Source of the DNA: Rhizaria sp. SCN 62-66
Taxonomy: Eukaryota
Assembly (NCBI GenBank): GCA_001724265.1
Contig: MEDY01000316.1
Location: forward strand, 1-35,630
Reading direction: 5' to 3'
DNA: 35,630 bases
The translations under genes and the position numbers were made by a program. The notes beneath the pieces are model-generated. The model was not told where the DNA came from and did no database searches. It worked only from the letters and a program-made list of their open reading frames with translations. Shown piece after piece: positions 12,001 through 21,451 of this stretch. Numbering within the stretch: position 1 is the first letter of the stretch; each line of letters starts with the position of its first letter.

Positions 12001-13831
12001 AAGCGTCGGCGGCGGTGAACCCGGCGCTGCGCGCGGCGTCCGAGTCCGCGAATGGATCGCCGAACGCGTGCACGAACGAGGCGCGCAGCTCAGCGGCGGA
12101 CTCGGCGAACGCGCCGGGGCCCGCGGCGCTGGCGGCGGCGGCGGTCGCGGCAGCGGCGGCGGGCCGGCCCTCCGCCAGCGCGTCGGCGAGCGCGGGGGAC
12201 ACGCCGGCGAGCGCGACCGAGAGCGCGTGGCTGTGGCCGCGCAACACGGCAGAGGCGCCGCGCGCGCGGGCAATGTCATCGCCGCCTACGGCCGCGGCCG
12301 CGGCGGCGCCGGCCGCGGCGGCGGCGGCCGCGGTGGCCGTGGCTGAGGTGGCCGTCGACGCCGTTTGGTAGCGCGCGTCGGCGATCGCGAGCAGCCCTGC
12401 GCCGCGCAGCGCGGGCGCGAGAGACGCGGCGCCCGCAGCGGCGAGGCCCAGCGCGGCCGTCGCGGACAGCGGGCCCGACGCCGCGGTGGCCGCAGAGGCC
12501 GCGGCGGGTGTGGCGGCGTCGGCCGCAGGCGCGGGTGCGCAGAGCGAAGCGTACTGGCCCATGCTCACGGTCGTCGTCGCCAGCAGCTCGATCGTCGCCC
12601 GCTGCGCCGCCTCAGCGTTGAACACGTCAGAGTCCGCGCTGTACGCCGCGGCCGCCGCAGCCGCGCCCGTGGCCGTGCCGCGCCGGCCTGCGGCACCCGT
12701 CGCGGCCGAGGTCGAGGCAGCGGCGATCAGCGGGATGCCAAGCGGGCCGTCGAGCGTGCCGGCCACGAGCGCGTCGCGCGCGGCCATGGAGCGCATGGCT
12801 ACGACATCCGAGAGCACGGCGGCAAACGAGGCCTGAAGCTGCTGGCGGCGGCCGAGCAGCGCGACGCGGAGCTCGTGAAGCGCGCCGATCTGCCGCAGGT
12901 CCGGGTCAGAAAGCAGCGTGAGCGCGTGCTGCAACAGGATGGCGGAGCGCAAGGGCTGGTTGCGGGCGAGATAGTGCTCGACGCGCGCGGGCACGCGGGT
13001 GAGATATTCCACTTTCGCGACGATTTCGATAACGATCGAGTACTTGGCGTGCTCGGCCCACATCTGCGCCAGCGGGGTCTGGTCGGCCAGCACAGACAGC
13101 TCAGCCGAGCCCAGCTCCGTGTGGAGTCGGCGCAGCATGCCCTGCGCGCCCGTGAAGGTGTGCAGCACGGCGCGGAACGACGACGTGGCCTGCTGGAAGC
13201 CCTTAAAGCAGCGCGCGGCGATCACGCGCGTGGCTTCCTCCACGGCGGCACGGTCTCGTTCGAGCGCGTCTTCAGCGCCCAGGTACATCAGCGGGTTGAA
13301 GCGGTCGCGTGTGCGCAGCGGCGCGGGCAGCTCGGCCAGGATCGCCTCAACGCGTGCGGAGACGCCGTCGGTGCTGTTGTCGACGCGGGTGCCGGTGCGG
13401 GCGCCGAAGGTCGTGAGAGTCTTGGTGCCAGCGGCACTGCTAATTTGGTTGTTGTCGCTGTCCGACTGCGAGTCGGAGGAGAGGCTGCTGAGCTCGGAGC
13501 CGGAGGACGGGAGGAACGACTTCTTCTTGGCGCCGCCGGCGTTGGCGCGCGAGGGGGGCGCGTCTTTGCCGTGGTCCTCATCTGAGAGCTCAAGCGAACC
13601 GGACTCGGAGTCCTCTTCGTCGCTGTCCTTCGCGCCCCACGGGCTGCGGCGGGCAGGGGCCCCGCGGGCGGGCGCGGCAGCGCGGCCCCAAGGGTTGCTG
13701 ACGCCACGGCCAGAGGCGGAGGCTCCCGCGCCAGTGGTGCGGCGGGCAGGGATTTCATCCGACTCGTCGCTGTCACTGGGGACGGTGTTGCGCGCGGGAG
13801 CCTTGCCGAAGCCTCCGTAAGCGCGGCTCAT
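3050..13831 (-). CDS. SEC8: Exocyst complex component Sec8/EXOC4, ~3460 aa, greatly expanded by low-complexity inserts; exons 13831-10490, 10367-9807, 9672-9028, 8884-3050
   Basis: N-terminal Sec8-like block: FNPL...FKGFQQATSSF...LAQMWAEH...VEYLTRVPARVE...LRQIGALHELR. Middle block: LALLGYSLDWLSDQL. C-terminal block: CYHTLRLEV...RYVFGGVAALM...LQQNLVNL...FDHARTYVELL...FTRDQYEAL. Four ORFs join in frame through three phase-0 GT-AG introns. Stop is TAA at 3050-3052. Confidence 0.9.
8885..9027 (-). other. Spliceosomal intron 3 of SEC8 (143 nt, phase 0)
   Basis: AACCAG|GTACAT...ACTTGCAG|GGCATC. AT-rich. Removal restores the frame into the 1946-codon ORF. Confidence 0.9.
9673..9806 (-). other. Spliceosomal intron 2 of SEC8 (134 nt, phase 0)
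   Basis: CCCCAG|GTACGA...TTTTGTAG|AACTCG. T-rich 3' tract. Removal restores the frame. Confidence 0.9.
10368..10489 (-). other. Spliceosomal intron 1 of SEC8 (122 nt, phase 0)
   Basis: GAACAC|GTACGT...CGTTTTAG|TCTGCG. AT-rich. Removal joins IIEH to SAESLLQMHW in frame. Confidence 0.9.
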
Positions 13832-14252
13832 CGTGTGTGTTATAAAGTATCACGTCTGATTGAGGAAGTTTAACGCTAAACATGCGAAGTGGGTCGGGGC
13901 CAGAGAACAAATTGGGGTGGACGTGAGGTCGGAGCTGGGCTCATGGTGATTCGAAGAACGATGAGATCAGTCAAAGATACATATCGTCAGTAAGGATTTT
14001 AAAGAATAACCGCAATATAATATATAAATATCGACGCATAAAACTCCGTAATTATTTGAATAACGATCAAACGTCGTCACATATATGCTTTTTCTGGAGG
14101 CACCCGCCAGCCTCTTCGTGGTGCACTTTGGTGACTGTGGGCAGGCCAAGCCGACCATGAATTGACATTTTAAGCTCTGATGACTTGAAGTCGGTGTATT
14201 ATTCTTAAAAAATTGCGCTTTTAGTACGTTCACATTGTTTTTAAACTAGGTC

Positions 14253-17200
14253 TCACTGCTTAATCCGACCTGCAGCGCTGTTAGCGCGTGTACCCGTGCA
14301 GATTGCCTCGTCGTCGGTGAAGTCAGACTCTCCAGCGAGCGTGGTCGCGGCCGTTCCGTCACTTGACCGTGTCCCCACAGTTGCCACAGACCCCACATCA
14401 GAGTCAGAGTCCTCCACGCGCGTGCTCGGGGCACGCCCGCGCTTCGAGCTCATTGTCACAACGTTAGCCCAGCCATCCAACAACGCTGCGCCGCCCGTCC
14501 CACTGCCGCCACTGCCACTGCTACCGCTACTGCTACTGTGACCACTGCCGCTGCTGTTGGCGCTGCTGCGGTCGTCCGCGCCCACCACCTTGCCCGACCC
14601 CAGCGGCGCAAGCGTGCAGAAGCGCGCCAGCGGCGACGCGCGAGCCCCCGTTGCCGCCGCAGCCGCGGCGGCGGCGTTGGCGACCGGCGAACCTGTGCCA
14701 CCGCTGTTGTTGTTGTAGTAGCTCGGTGCAAAGTGATGGGGTGCGTGTGTCGCGCCGGCGCCGGTGGCCGCGCGGAGGAAGCCCGGCGCCGAGAGCCGGT
14801 CGAGCAGCAGCGCGGCCGAGCGGCGGCGCGGGCGGGGCCGCAGCAGACTGACGGGGCTGCCAGCGTCGTGCGCGGCGTGCGCTGCCGTGACGGCGTTCGC
14901 GCCCGCGACGGTCGCTGCGGCCACTGCGAGGCTGGAACGGGGCACGGTCAGCACTGCGCCCATAAGCGCCGCCGCCCAGTCCGCGGGCATGACGTCGAAG
15001 CGGTCGACCGCGTCCTTGGTGGCAGCAGCCTCACTCGTCTTGCCGTTACTAGTGGTGGTGTTGTTGCTGATGATGTCGATGTTATGGACCGCAGGCTTGA
15101 TTAGGCCACCTGTTGCTGCCGGGGCAGCGGCGGCGGGCGCTTGGGCGGTGTCAGCAGGTGTGACCTTAGTTGCAGCAACAGCGGCGTAAGGGGGCGCCTG
15201 AACTAATGAGCTCGCGGTCGCGACGGCAGCAACAGGGGCAGCGCTCAGTGCGGCGGCAGTATGCGCCTGAACGGCGGCGTTTTGCCTCAGACTCGCCGCC
15301 GCCGCAGTGTTGCTGCTGACGGGAGAGAGCCGCTGCACCGCGCCCTGCAGTGAGAGCAGCGGAAAGCCCGTGACCGGGGACAGCGGCGCGAGCCCGCCGC
15401 TGCTGACCGCGCTCGCAGTCGCACTTGCAGTTGCGCTTGCACTCGCGCTCGCGATGTTAGTGACGACGGTCACGGGGCGGGCCGGCACGCGTGCGCGCGG
15501 CGGCGGGTGCGGCGGCGCGCGCGCGGGCACGAGCGGCGCCGCTGCAACGACGGCGGCGTAGCTCGGCGCAGCTCCACCGGCGCCGGTCGCCGTCGCGGTC
15601 GCAGTTGCGGCCGCTGTCGGTGGCAGACGCATCGGCGACGGGTACGACGCGTGGGCAATTCCGCGCGCACGCGCATCGCTGTCACCGGCGGCGACGTTGC
15701 TGCTGCTGCTGTTGCTGGCGGCAGAGGCGATCGATGCGGGTTTGCCGCTGCTGTAGCGCCGCGCGCCGGGATTAGCGTAGCCGTCAAACGCGGCGGGGAA
15801 CGCGCGCGCCACAGGCGAGTCAGCCGCTGTGTTTCCGCTGCCGGCGCCGTTGGCCGTGGAGCCGGAGCCGGGGGCGCGGATGGCGGCAACGCCAACGTGC
15901 GTAATGGCCAGCGCCAGCGGCGGCGCGAGCGCGAGCGCGGGGCACAGCGAGGGCGAGAGCGCGGGCGGAGTGCACACGGCAAGCAGCGCCGGCGACTGCG
16001 CCGCACTGCCACCGCCGCCGCCGCCGCCGCCGAGATTGAGGCCGCCGGTTGTGGTGACCGGCGGCATGCGCAGCAGCGAGCGCGGACGACTGCCGCTGCT
16101 GGCGCCGCGCCGCGCACTACCGCCGCCGTGGCCATTGCCGTAGCCATGGTTGTAGCCGCCGTCGCTTGCAAGGCTCAGCGCGGGACTGCTGGCGCCTGCG
16201 CGCTCGATGGCGACTGTGGCAGCGACAACAGCGGACGCGGAGGCAGATGCAGAGGACGCAGAGGAGGCGGTGCTGCTTGCAATCAGCCCTGCCGTCTCGG
16301 GCGCAGCTGCGGGGGGCACAGGGGCAGTGGGGCCGCGGAGCCGGGACACAGCTTGCTGCGTGACTGCGGCAGTGCTGAGCCAACGAGCTCCGCGGCGACG
16401 GTCGGCGTCATCTGCGCCGGGGCTAACAGGGCTTTGAACCGCGGAGTCGGCATGCGAGTGCGAGCGCCAAACCGGAGCCGCCCAGGGGAGTCCCAGAGCT
16501 CCCACGGTCACGCTGCCGACATTCACCGTGGTCGCGCTCCATTGCTTCGCAACTTCGTCGTCGTTAACGGAATCAGAGTTGCCATCGCTCTCGCGGCTGC
16601 TGGAGTCAGACTGGGATGAGGATGAAACATCGCTAGAGTCGCCGGACAAGTCGCCTTGCAGCCCTGCACTGCTGATGTCGTTTTTACTCTTGCCGGCGCA
16701 GACGGGAATCCAGGCCTGGCACGCGGCGTCCCATTGCGGCTCCACAGCTCCGAGCGCAGTGCTGGTCGCCTTCATCGTCAGGCGCAAGGCCCGTCGTAGC
16801 GCGCGCGCACGGCGGCGCACCACGCGCAGCCTCGATTTCGCCGCGGCCGCGGAAGCCGCGGCGGTCGTGGCTGCGGCGACGGCGGCGGCGCGGTCTGCGG
16901 CGGCTGCCGCGCGGGCTGCGTTGGCGTTCGCGAGGTGCTGCTGCTCGTGAAGCGTGAGCGTGAGCGCGAGCGCAAGCGTGGGCGCTAACGCCGACATCAT
17001 CTCAGTCCTGCAGTCCTCAGGCGCAGCAGCAGCGGCCGTGGCGCAGCTGCAGCGGGAGCAATGCAGCCGCGCTGCAGCCTCTGCGGGCGCAGCGGCGGGC
17101 GGCGGCGGCACAGAGGAGCGGCGCGGCGGCGAGAGCACGACCCGGCCTCTGAGCTTGTCACTGCGCACGGAGACGGACGACGTGCTTGGCAACAGAGCGT

Positions 17201-20200
17201 CTCCGCTCGCGTTGCCAATTACCGTCGCGGCAGCGGCCGTGGCGGAGTCCATAGAGCTGCCTGCGTCGCCATTTGTAGTGCTCCCGCTGCTGCCAGACTG
17301 GTCAGTGCCAGACCGGGACAGCGAGCGCGGCTGCGCCTGCGATTGAGATAGCTGCGACTGAGACAGGTCGACCGCGTAGTATGAAATGCCCATGTTGTCC
17401 TCGTCTTCGCTACCGCTGCCGCTGTCTGTGTCACTGCGCTCGGCCGCGCCGTCGAAGCTGCTGTCGCTGTCCTTGCTTGCTGTGCTGCTGTTGCTGCTGA
17501 TAAGCACAGTCGCAGAACAGCCACCGCGACAGCATAAGCACTCGGGGCCGACCTCACACGCAATCGCGACTTTGACACTGTTACTGTTACCCTCGATATT
17601 ATTGTTGATCATGCTGTTGTTGTCCTCAAAAAGAGTCTCTGATACAGAGGCGTCGACATCGGTGGCCGTCCCGCTCTCAGCATCGGTCGCGTCACCGCGC
17701 TTCTGCGCGGCCGCCGCAGCATCCGCCTCGGAGACAGAGGACGCGCGTTGGGGCCGCACGGCCGGCGGCACCGCAGCTGCGGCAGCGACTGCAGCTGCGG
17801 CGGCAGCGCTCGCGACGGCAGAGACGCCGGCAACAGCAGCGTTGGCCGCGGACGCAGCAGCGGTCGCAGTGGCCGCGGCCGTTGCAGCAGTGGCGGCAGC
17901 GGTGCTCGCCACTATCGATGCCCACGAGGGGCGCTTAGAGACCTGCAGCTGTTGCTGCTGCTGGTGCTGCTGCTGTTGTTGCTGGAGCTGGCCGCCTGGC
18001 GATTGCGGCAGCGGGGGGCGGCCAAGGCTCGCGCTCTGCATAGGCAGAGACGGCGACTGCGAGCGCTGCTGCGCCCACAGCATCTGCTGCTGCTGTTGAT
18101 ACTGTGCTTGGTGCTGCTGCTGGTATTGCTGCTGGTACTGTTGCTGCTGGTATTGTTGCTGATAGTGTTGCTGCTGGTACTGCTGCTGTTGACTGTGCTG
18201 ATGTTGCGGCTGCTGCTGCTGATACTGCTGCTGCTGCAGCTGATAGTACGGGTGCACTGGAGTCGACAGCGACGGCGACTGCAGCGGCGGCGGCAGCGGC
18301 AGCGGCGGCGGCGTCAACGGCGGCGTGGGGCCCACAGCAGACGCTGACTGGCCCAGAGACTGCGCATTGCCCCACCTGGTAGACTGCGGCGCAAGCACCT
18401 GTTGCTCGCCGCGGTAGCCCGCCGCTCTGCTCTGCATCTGCGTCAGCACCATGGGCGACTGCGCCTGCACATTCGCCTGCATGTGCGAGTGCATGTGCGA
18501 CTGCGTGTGCGAGTATGAGTGGAGCTGCGGCTGCAACGGGGTGTCGGGCGCCTGAGGCATAGCTTGGCCCGACTCAAACGACTGCAGTGACCGCAGCGAC
18601 TGCGCCGCCTGAAGCCCGCCGTGCGCAGCGGCGCCATAGCTCTGCTGCTGGTGCTGCTGGTGCGCAAACAGTGAGCCCGACGGCGTGACTGCCGGCCCAG
18701 CGGCAATATAGCCCGATACAGGAGCGGGAGCGCCCACGGCGGAGCCGCCGAGCGAGGGCGCGATGGACGGCGCGAGCGACGGGGCGAGCGAAGGGGAGAT
18801 CGCGGGCGACAGCGGCGGCAGCGACGGCGACAGCGACGCGGGGGCCAGCGCCGGCGACAGCGCGGGGGACAGCGCGGGCGACAGCGAGGGCGAGACGTCT
18901 CGGCCGAAGCGCTGGCCGGGAGAGCTGCCGCGCTGGGTGCGCATCTCGCTACCGCCGCGCGCGCCCAGCAACGCCAGCGCTGCCACGGCAGCGGCGGCGT
19001 TGTTTGCACTGGCCGTGCGCGTAGCGTCGCTTGGTGAGGAGCCTCCCGCGGCGACACCGCCGTTGCCAGGACTCAGGGCGGCACTGTTCGCGTGGCTCAT
19101 GCTGCTGTAGCTGCTGGAGAGGCTGCGCACGGGGCTGTGCGCGCTCGCCGGCGGCAGACCGGGCGCCGCCGTGGCCGCCGCCGCGACTTGCGCGGGCATG
19201 GGGGCGCCGGGGACTGGCAGCGGCACTGGCAGGGGCCCGTGAGCGGAGAGCCGGCGCGGCGGCAGCGGGGGTGTCTGGCCAGGCACCGTCGCTAACATAC
19301 TACTGCCGCCAACAGGGCCCGGGCCCGTCGCAGCCGCGGGGCCGGCGCTGTACGGGGAGGAGACGGAAGCATTAGCGGGAGCGGCGGCGGATGCAGACGC
19401 GGAGACTGGCGGGCGCGGCGGCGGGCCCTGTGCAAGAGCGCTCGGACCCGCAGCATTGGCGTTGGCGGTGGCGTTGTAGGTGTACGTGTTGCTGGCGGTA
19501 AGCGAGCCCGCGCGCGGCGGCGACAGACGGCGCAACGACGGACCGTCGTAGTACTGCTGCTGCGGCGGCCGCTGCAGCTGTCGCTGCTGCTGTTGTTGAA
19601 ACTGCTGCGGGGCTGAGAAGTGTTGGTAATTCGGGGCGGGAATGCGCATCTGCACTTGATGCTGCTGATACGAGTACACATGTTGCTGCTGCATTTGTTG
19701 CTGCTGCTGGGCAAACTGCTGCTGCTGCTGCTGTGGCGCGTAGCTGTGCACTGCCCCCTTGTTCGCACTCTGGTTGGCTGACAGGACTGCTGCGGCGGCG
19801 ATGGCACCAGAGTCACCCTCAGATGCAGACGCCACGAAGCCTCTGCCATGGGCATTGCCGCTGCTGCTACTGCTGCTGTACAGCGCGGCGCTGTCATCCC
19901 CATCCACATTCGCAGCCGCTACGGGATTCATATTGCCCGCGCTTTGCCCGTGACTGCGGCCGTGTGGACTGTGATTGCGCGAAGCAGCCAGGCTCTGAAG
20001 GTTGTTGTGGCTGTGGCTGCGGCTGTAGCTCATCCCATGCGTGCCGACACTATCAACCGTTGTGGTCGCGGCAGAGTCCGCAGCAGTCGTACTCGCCGCT
20101 GTGTGAGCACCGCTGCCGCTGCCGTTGCCGCTGCCGTTGCCGCTGCCGTTGCCGTTGCTGTTGCTGTTGCCATGGACATCGTTTTTGTTGTTTGTGTTGT

Positions 20201-20720
20201 TGTTGCTGCTGTCATCGCTTTTGCTGTTCGCTGCGTATGCAAATGCGCCCAAAGGCAGCATTGCAAACGCGCGACCACCCGTGGCGCCGTAGCCAGATCC
20301 AGAGCCAGATCCAGAGCCAGAGCCTGAGCCGTTGAAACCCTGGCCATGACTGTAGTTGTGGCTGTGGCCACCATGATCGGAACAAGAGTTGCTGTTGAAT
20401 CTTGCACCCACGTTATTACTGCTACTACTGCACCCGCTGCTGTCCCCGAGGCCGTCACGAGTACTTGCAGCGCCGTGGCCGGCCTGATTGTTTGCTGCTG
20501 CAGTGGCGAAAGCATCGCTGGGCAGGACGGTTCTGATGACTTGGGCGGCGATGGGGGCAATCTCGACCACTTCGAACGCCACGCGCGGCTCGGCACGCGC
20601 GGGGGACATGGACGGAAGTGTAGCGTGGCGCTGGTTAACGCGCCGGTGATGCTGTGTGGCGAGCACGAGCTCGGTGAGCGCCGCAGTGAGGGCGCGGCGC
20701 CGCGCCAGGGGACTCAGCAT
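14253..20720 (-). CDS. 2155-aa low-complexity, probably largely disordered protein with polyQ, polyA, S/P-rich and N/G/S-rich tracts; function unknown
   Basis: Uninterrupted 6.5-kb ORF, far longer than any alternative frame, flanked by AT-rich DNA. Start context GCC-ATG, stop TGA. The true start could lie on an upstream exon, since an acceptor-like TTGTCTAG sits in frame at 20760-20767. Confidence 0.8.
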   Translation of the reverse strand: MLSPLARRRALTAALTELVLATQHHRRVNQRHATLPSMSPARAEPRVAFEVVEIAPIAAQVIRTVLPSDAFATAAANNQAGHGAASTRDGLGDSSGCSSSSNNVGARFNSNSCSDHGGHSHNYSHGQGFNGSGSGSGSGSGSGYGATGGRAFAMLPLGAFAYAANSKSDDSSNNNTNNKNDVHGNSNSNGNGSGNGSGNGSGSGAHTAASTTAADSAATTTVDSVGTHGMSYSRSHSHNNLQSLAASRNHSPHGRSHGQSAGNMNPVAAANVDGDDSAALYSSSSSSGNAHGRGFVASASEGDSGAIAAAAVLSANQSANKGAVHSYAPQQQQQQFAQQQQQMQQQHVYSYQQHQVQMRIPAPNYQHFSAPQQFQQQQQRQLQRPPQQQYYDGPSLRRLSPPRAGSLTASNTYTYNATANANAAGPSALAQGPPPRPPVSASASAAAPANASVSSPYSAGPAAATGPGPVGGSSMLATVPGQTPPLPPRRLSAHGPLPVPLPVPGAPMPAQVAAAATAAPGLPPASAHSPVRSLSSSYSSMSHANSAALSPGNGGVAAGGSSPSDATRTASANNAAAAVAALALLGARGGSEMRTQRGSSPGQRFGRDVSPSLSPALSPALSPALAPASLSPSLPPLSPAISPSLAPSLAPSIAPSLGGSAVGAPAPVSGYIAAGPAVTPSGSLFAHQQHQQQSYGAAAHGGLQAAQSLRSLQSFESGQAMPQAPDTPLQPQLHSYSHTQSHMHSHMQANVQAQSPMVLTQMQSRAAGYRGEQQVLAPQSTRWGNAQSLGQSASAVGPTPPLTPPPLPLPPPLQSPSLSTPVHPYYQLQQQQYQQQQPQHQHSQQQQYQQQHYQQQYQQQQYQQQYQQQHQAQYQQQQQMLWAQQRSQSPSLPMQSASLGRPPLPQSPGGQLQQQQQQHQQQQQLQVSKRPSWASIVASTAAATAATAAATATAAASAANAAVAGVSAVASAAAAAAVAAAAAVPPAVRPQRASSVSEADAAAAAQKRGDATDAESGTATDVDASVSETLFEDNNSMINNNIEGNSNSVKVAIACEVGPECLCCRGGCSATVLISSNSSTASKDSDSSFDGAAERSDTDSGSGSEDEDNMGISYYAVDLSQSQLSQSQAQPRSLSRSGTDQSGSSGSTTNGDAGSSMDSATAAAATVIGNASGDALLPSTSSVSVRSDKLRGRVVLSPPRRSSVPPPPAAAPAEAAARLHCSRCSCATAAAAAPEDCRTEMMSALAPTLALALTLTLHEQQHLANANAARAAAAADRAAAVAAATTAAASAAAAKSRLRVVRRRARALRRALRLTMKATSTALGAVEPQWDAACQAWIPVCAGKSKNDISSAGLQGDLSGDSSDVSSSSQSDSSSRESDGNSDSVNDDEVAKQWSATTVNVGSVTVGALGLPWAAPVWRSHSHADSAVQSPVSPGADDADRRRGARWLSTAAVTQQAVSRLRGPTAPVPPAAAPETAGLIASSTASSASSASASASAVVAATVAIERAGASSPALSLASDGGYNHGYGNGHGGGSARRGASSGSRPRSLLRMPPVTTTGGLNLGGGGGGGGSAAQSPALLAVCTPPALSPSLCPALALAPPLALAITHVGVAAIRAPGSGSTANGAGSGNTAADSPVARAFPAAFDGYANPGARRYSSGKPASIASAASNSSSSNVAAGDSDARARGIAHASYPSPMRLPPTAAATATATATGAGGAAPSYAAVVAAAPLVPARAPPHPPPRARVPARPVTVVTNIASASASATASATASAVSSGGLAPLSPVTGFPLLSLQGAVQRLSPVSSNTAAAASLRQNAAVQAHTAAALSAAPVAAVATASSLVQAPPYAAVAATKVTPADTAQAPAAAAPAATGGLIKPAVHNIDIISNNTTTSNGKTSEAAATKDAVDRFDVMPADWAAALMGAVLTVPRSSLAVAAATVAGANAVTAAHAAHDAGSPVSLLRPRPRRRSAALLLDRLSAPGFLRAATGAGATHAPHHFAPSYYNNNSGGTGSPVANAAAAAAAATGARASPLARFCTLAPLGSGKVVGADDRSSANSSGSGHSSSSGSSGSGGSGTGGAALLDGWANVVTMSSKRGRAPSTRVEDSDSDVGSVATVGTRSSDGTAATTLAGESDFTDDEAICTGTRANSAAGRIKQ
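17943..18246 (-). repeat. Coding CAG/CAA trinucleotide tracts encoding polyQ interspersed with Tyr and His
   Basis: Runs of (ctg)n/(ttg)n on the + strand translate as QQQQYQQQHYQQQYQQQQY. Confidence 0.9.
18745..18893 (-). repeat. Imperfect 12-nt coding tandem repeat (SPAL/APSL tetrapeptides)
   Basis: ggcgacagcgcg-like units translate as VSPSLSPALSPALSPALAPASLSPSLPPLSPAISPSLAPSLAPSIAPSL. Confidence 0.8.
19555..19735 (-). repeat. Second polyQ-encoding CAG/CAA region
   Basis: (ctg)n runs on the + strand translate as QQQQQQFAQQQQQMQQQH...QQFQQQQQRQ. Confidence 0.85.
20110..20330 (-). repeat. Hexamer and dodecamer coding microsatellites (GN, GS and NS dipeptide runs)
   Basis: (ccgttg/ccgctg)n at about 20110-20170 and (agagccagatcc)n at about 20291-20330. 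Confidence 0.8.
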
Positions 20721-20821
20721 GGCGAGAGAAGCGAGCCTTGGGATGCGGCAACGCCGGCGCTAGACAAACTTTTTAAGTAAAAAACAAGACATAGTCATTC
20801 GGTGTACAGATTTTACGTGAG

Positions 20822-20835
20822 TATTGAGTTATTGA
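20822..20835 (-). promoter_or_regulatory. Candidate core-promoter/initiator motif TCAATAACTCAATA, copy 1
   Basis: An identical 14-mer occurs at 32003-32016. Both copies lie just upstream of minus-strand start codons in the same orientation. Confidence 0.35.
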
Positions 20836-21451
20836 GCGAGGCTGGCCGTTCAAGAGATGCCGGTTTCTTGCTCCTCTCAACGATGCCGCAGAACTCATCA
20901 GTTTAGAGAGCCTATACCTGCGCTACTTCTTGCAGAATTGCGGTGGCGCCTCATCCCGCCTTATTATAGCACCATCATGCATTATGACAATACTTTGAGG
21001 AGACAGCCCCACATAGTGAACATAAACACAAGTTTAGAGTTCGTTTGTGGTGCACAGCTCCTACAAAACGACTAAGTCAAAAATATAGATACAACAAATC
21101 CGTCGTTTGGAATTTCGAATAAATACACAAAACTAGCGTAATATACGCACACGTATCACAAAATTATACCCAGAATAAAGGACGGGTTACGGATATTGTT
21201 TGTCTTGAAAGCTGGCACGAGTCAAACTCGCGACTGACTCTTGCACACTCGATACAGTTTCTGTTTCTTATCTACTTCTCGGACTCGACCCCTAGAAGGT
21301 TTTTTAAGGCACATTCTACCGATGCTCTATGGCCGTCAGATGATGCATAGCTACTCTATATAGACATTCCATTATGCATTATTTTGCATCACTCCTTACC
21401 CAAGCTCACATATCCCGTTTTGGCTCTACGCTGCTCTTGTCTACGCGAAGC

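Noticed and set aside
3038-13820. Many long overlapping and antisense ORFs, e.g. 6435-8360 (641 aa) and 10481-11983 (500 aa)
   Set aside because: These are expected shadows of very GC-rich, GCN-dominated coding DNA where stops are rare. The translations are Arg/Ala/Pro-rich with no recognisable motifs.
17943-20330. Tandem repeats as a CRISPR array or satellite
   Set aside because: The units are 3-12 nt, in frame and coding, with no repeat-spacer structure.
20760-20917. Possible upstream intron (CAG|GTATAG...TCTAG) and extra first exon for the 2155-aa gene
   Set aside because: The upstream ATG joins out of frame with the main ORF, and the in-frame reading contains a TGA. The donor is also not GTAC. 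At most this is a 5' UTR intron, and it is unresolved.
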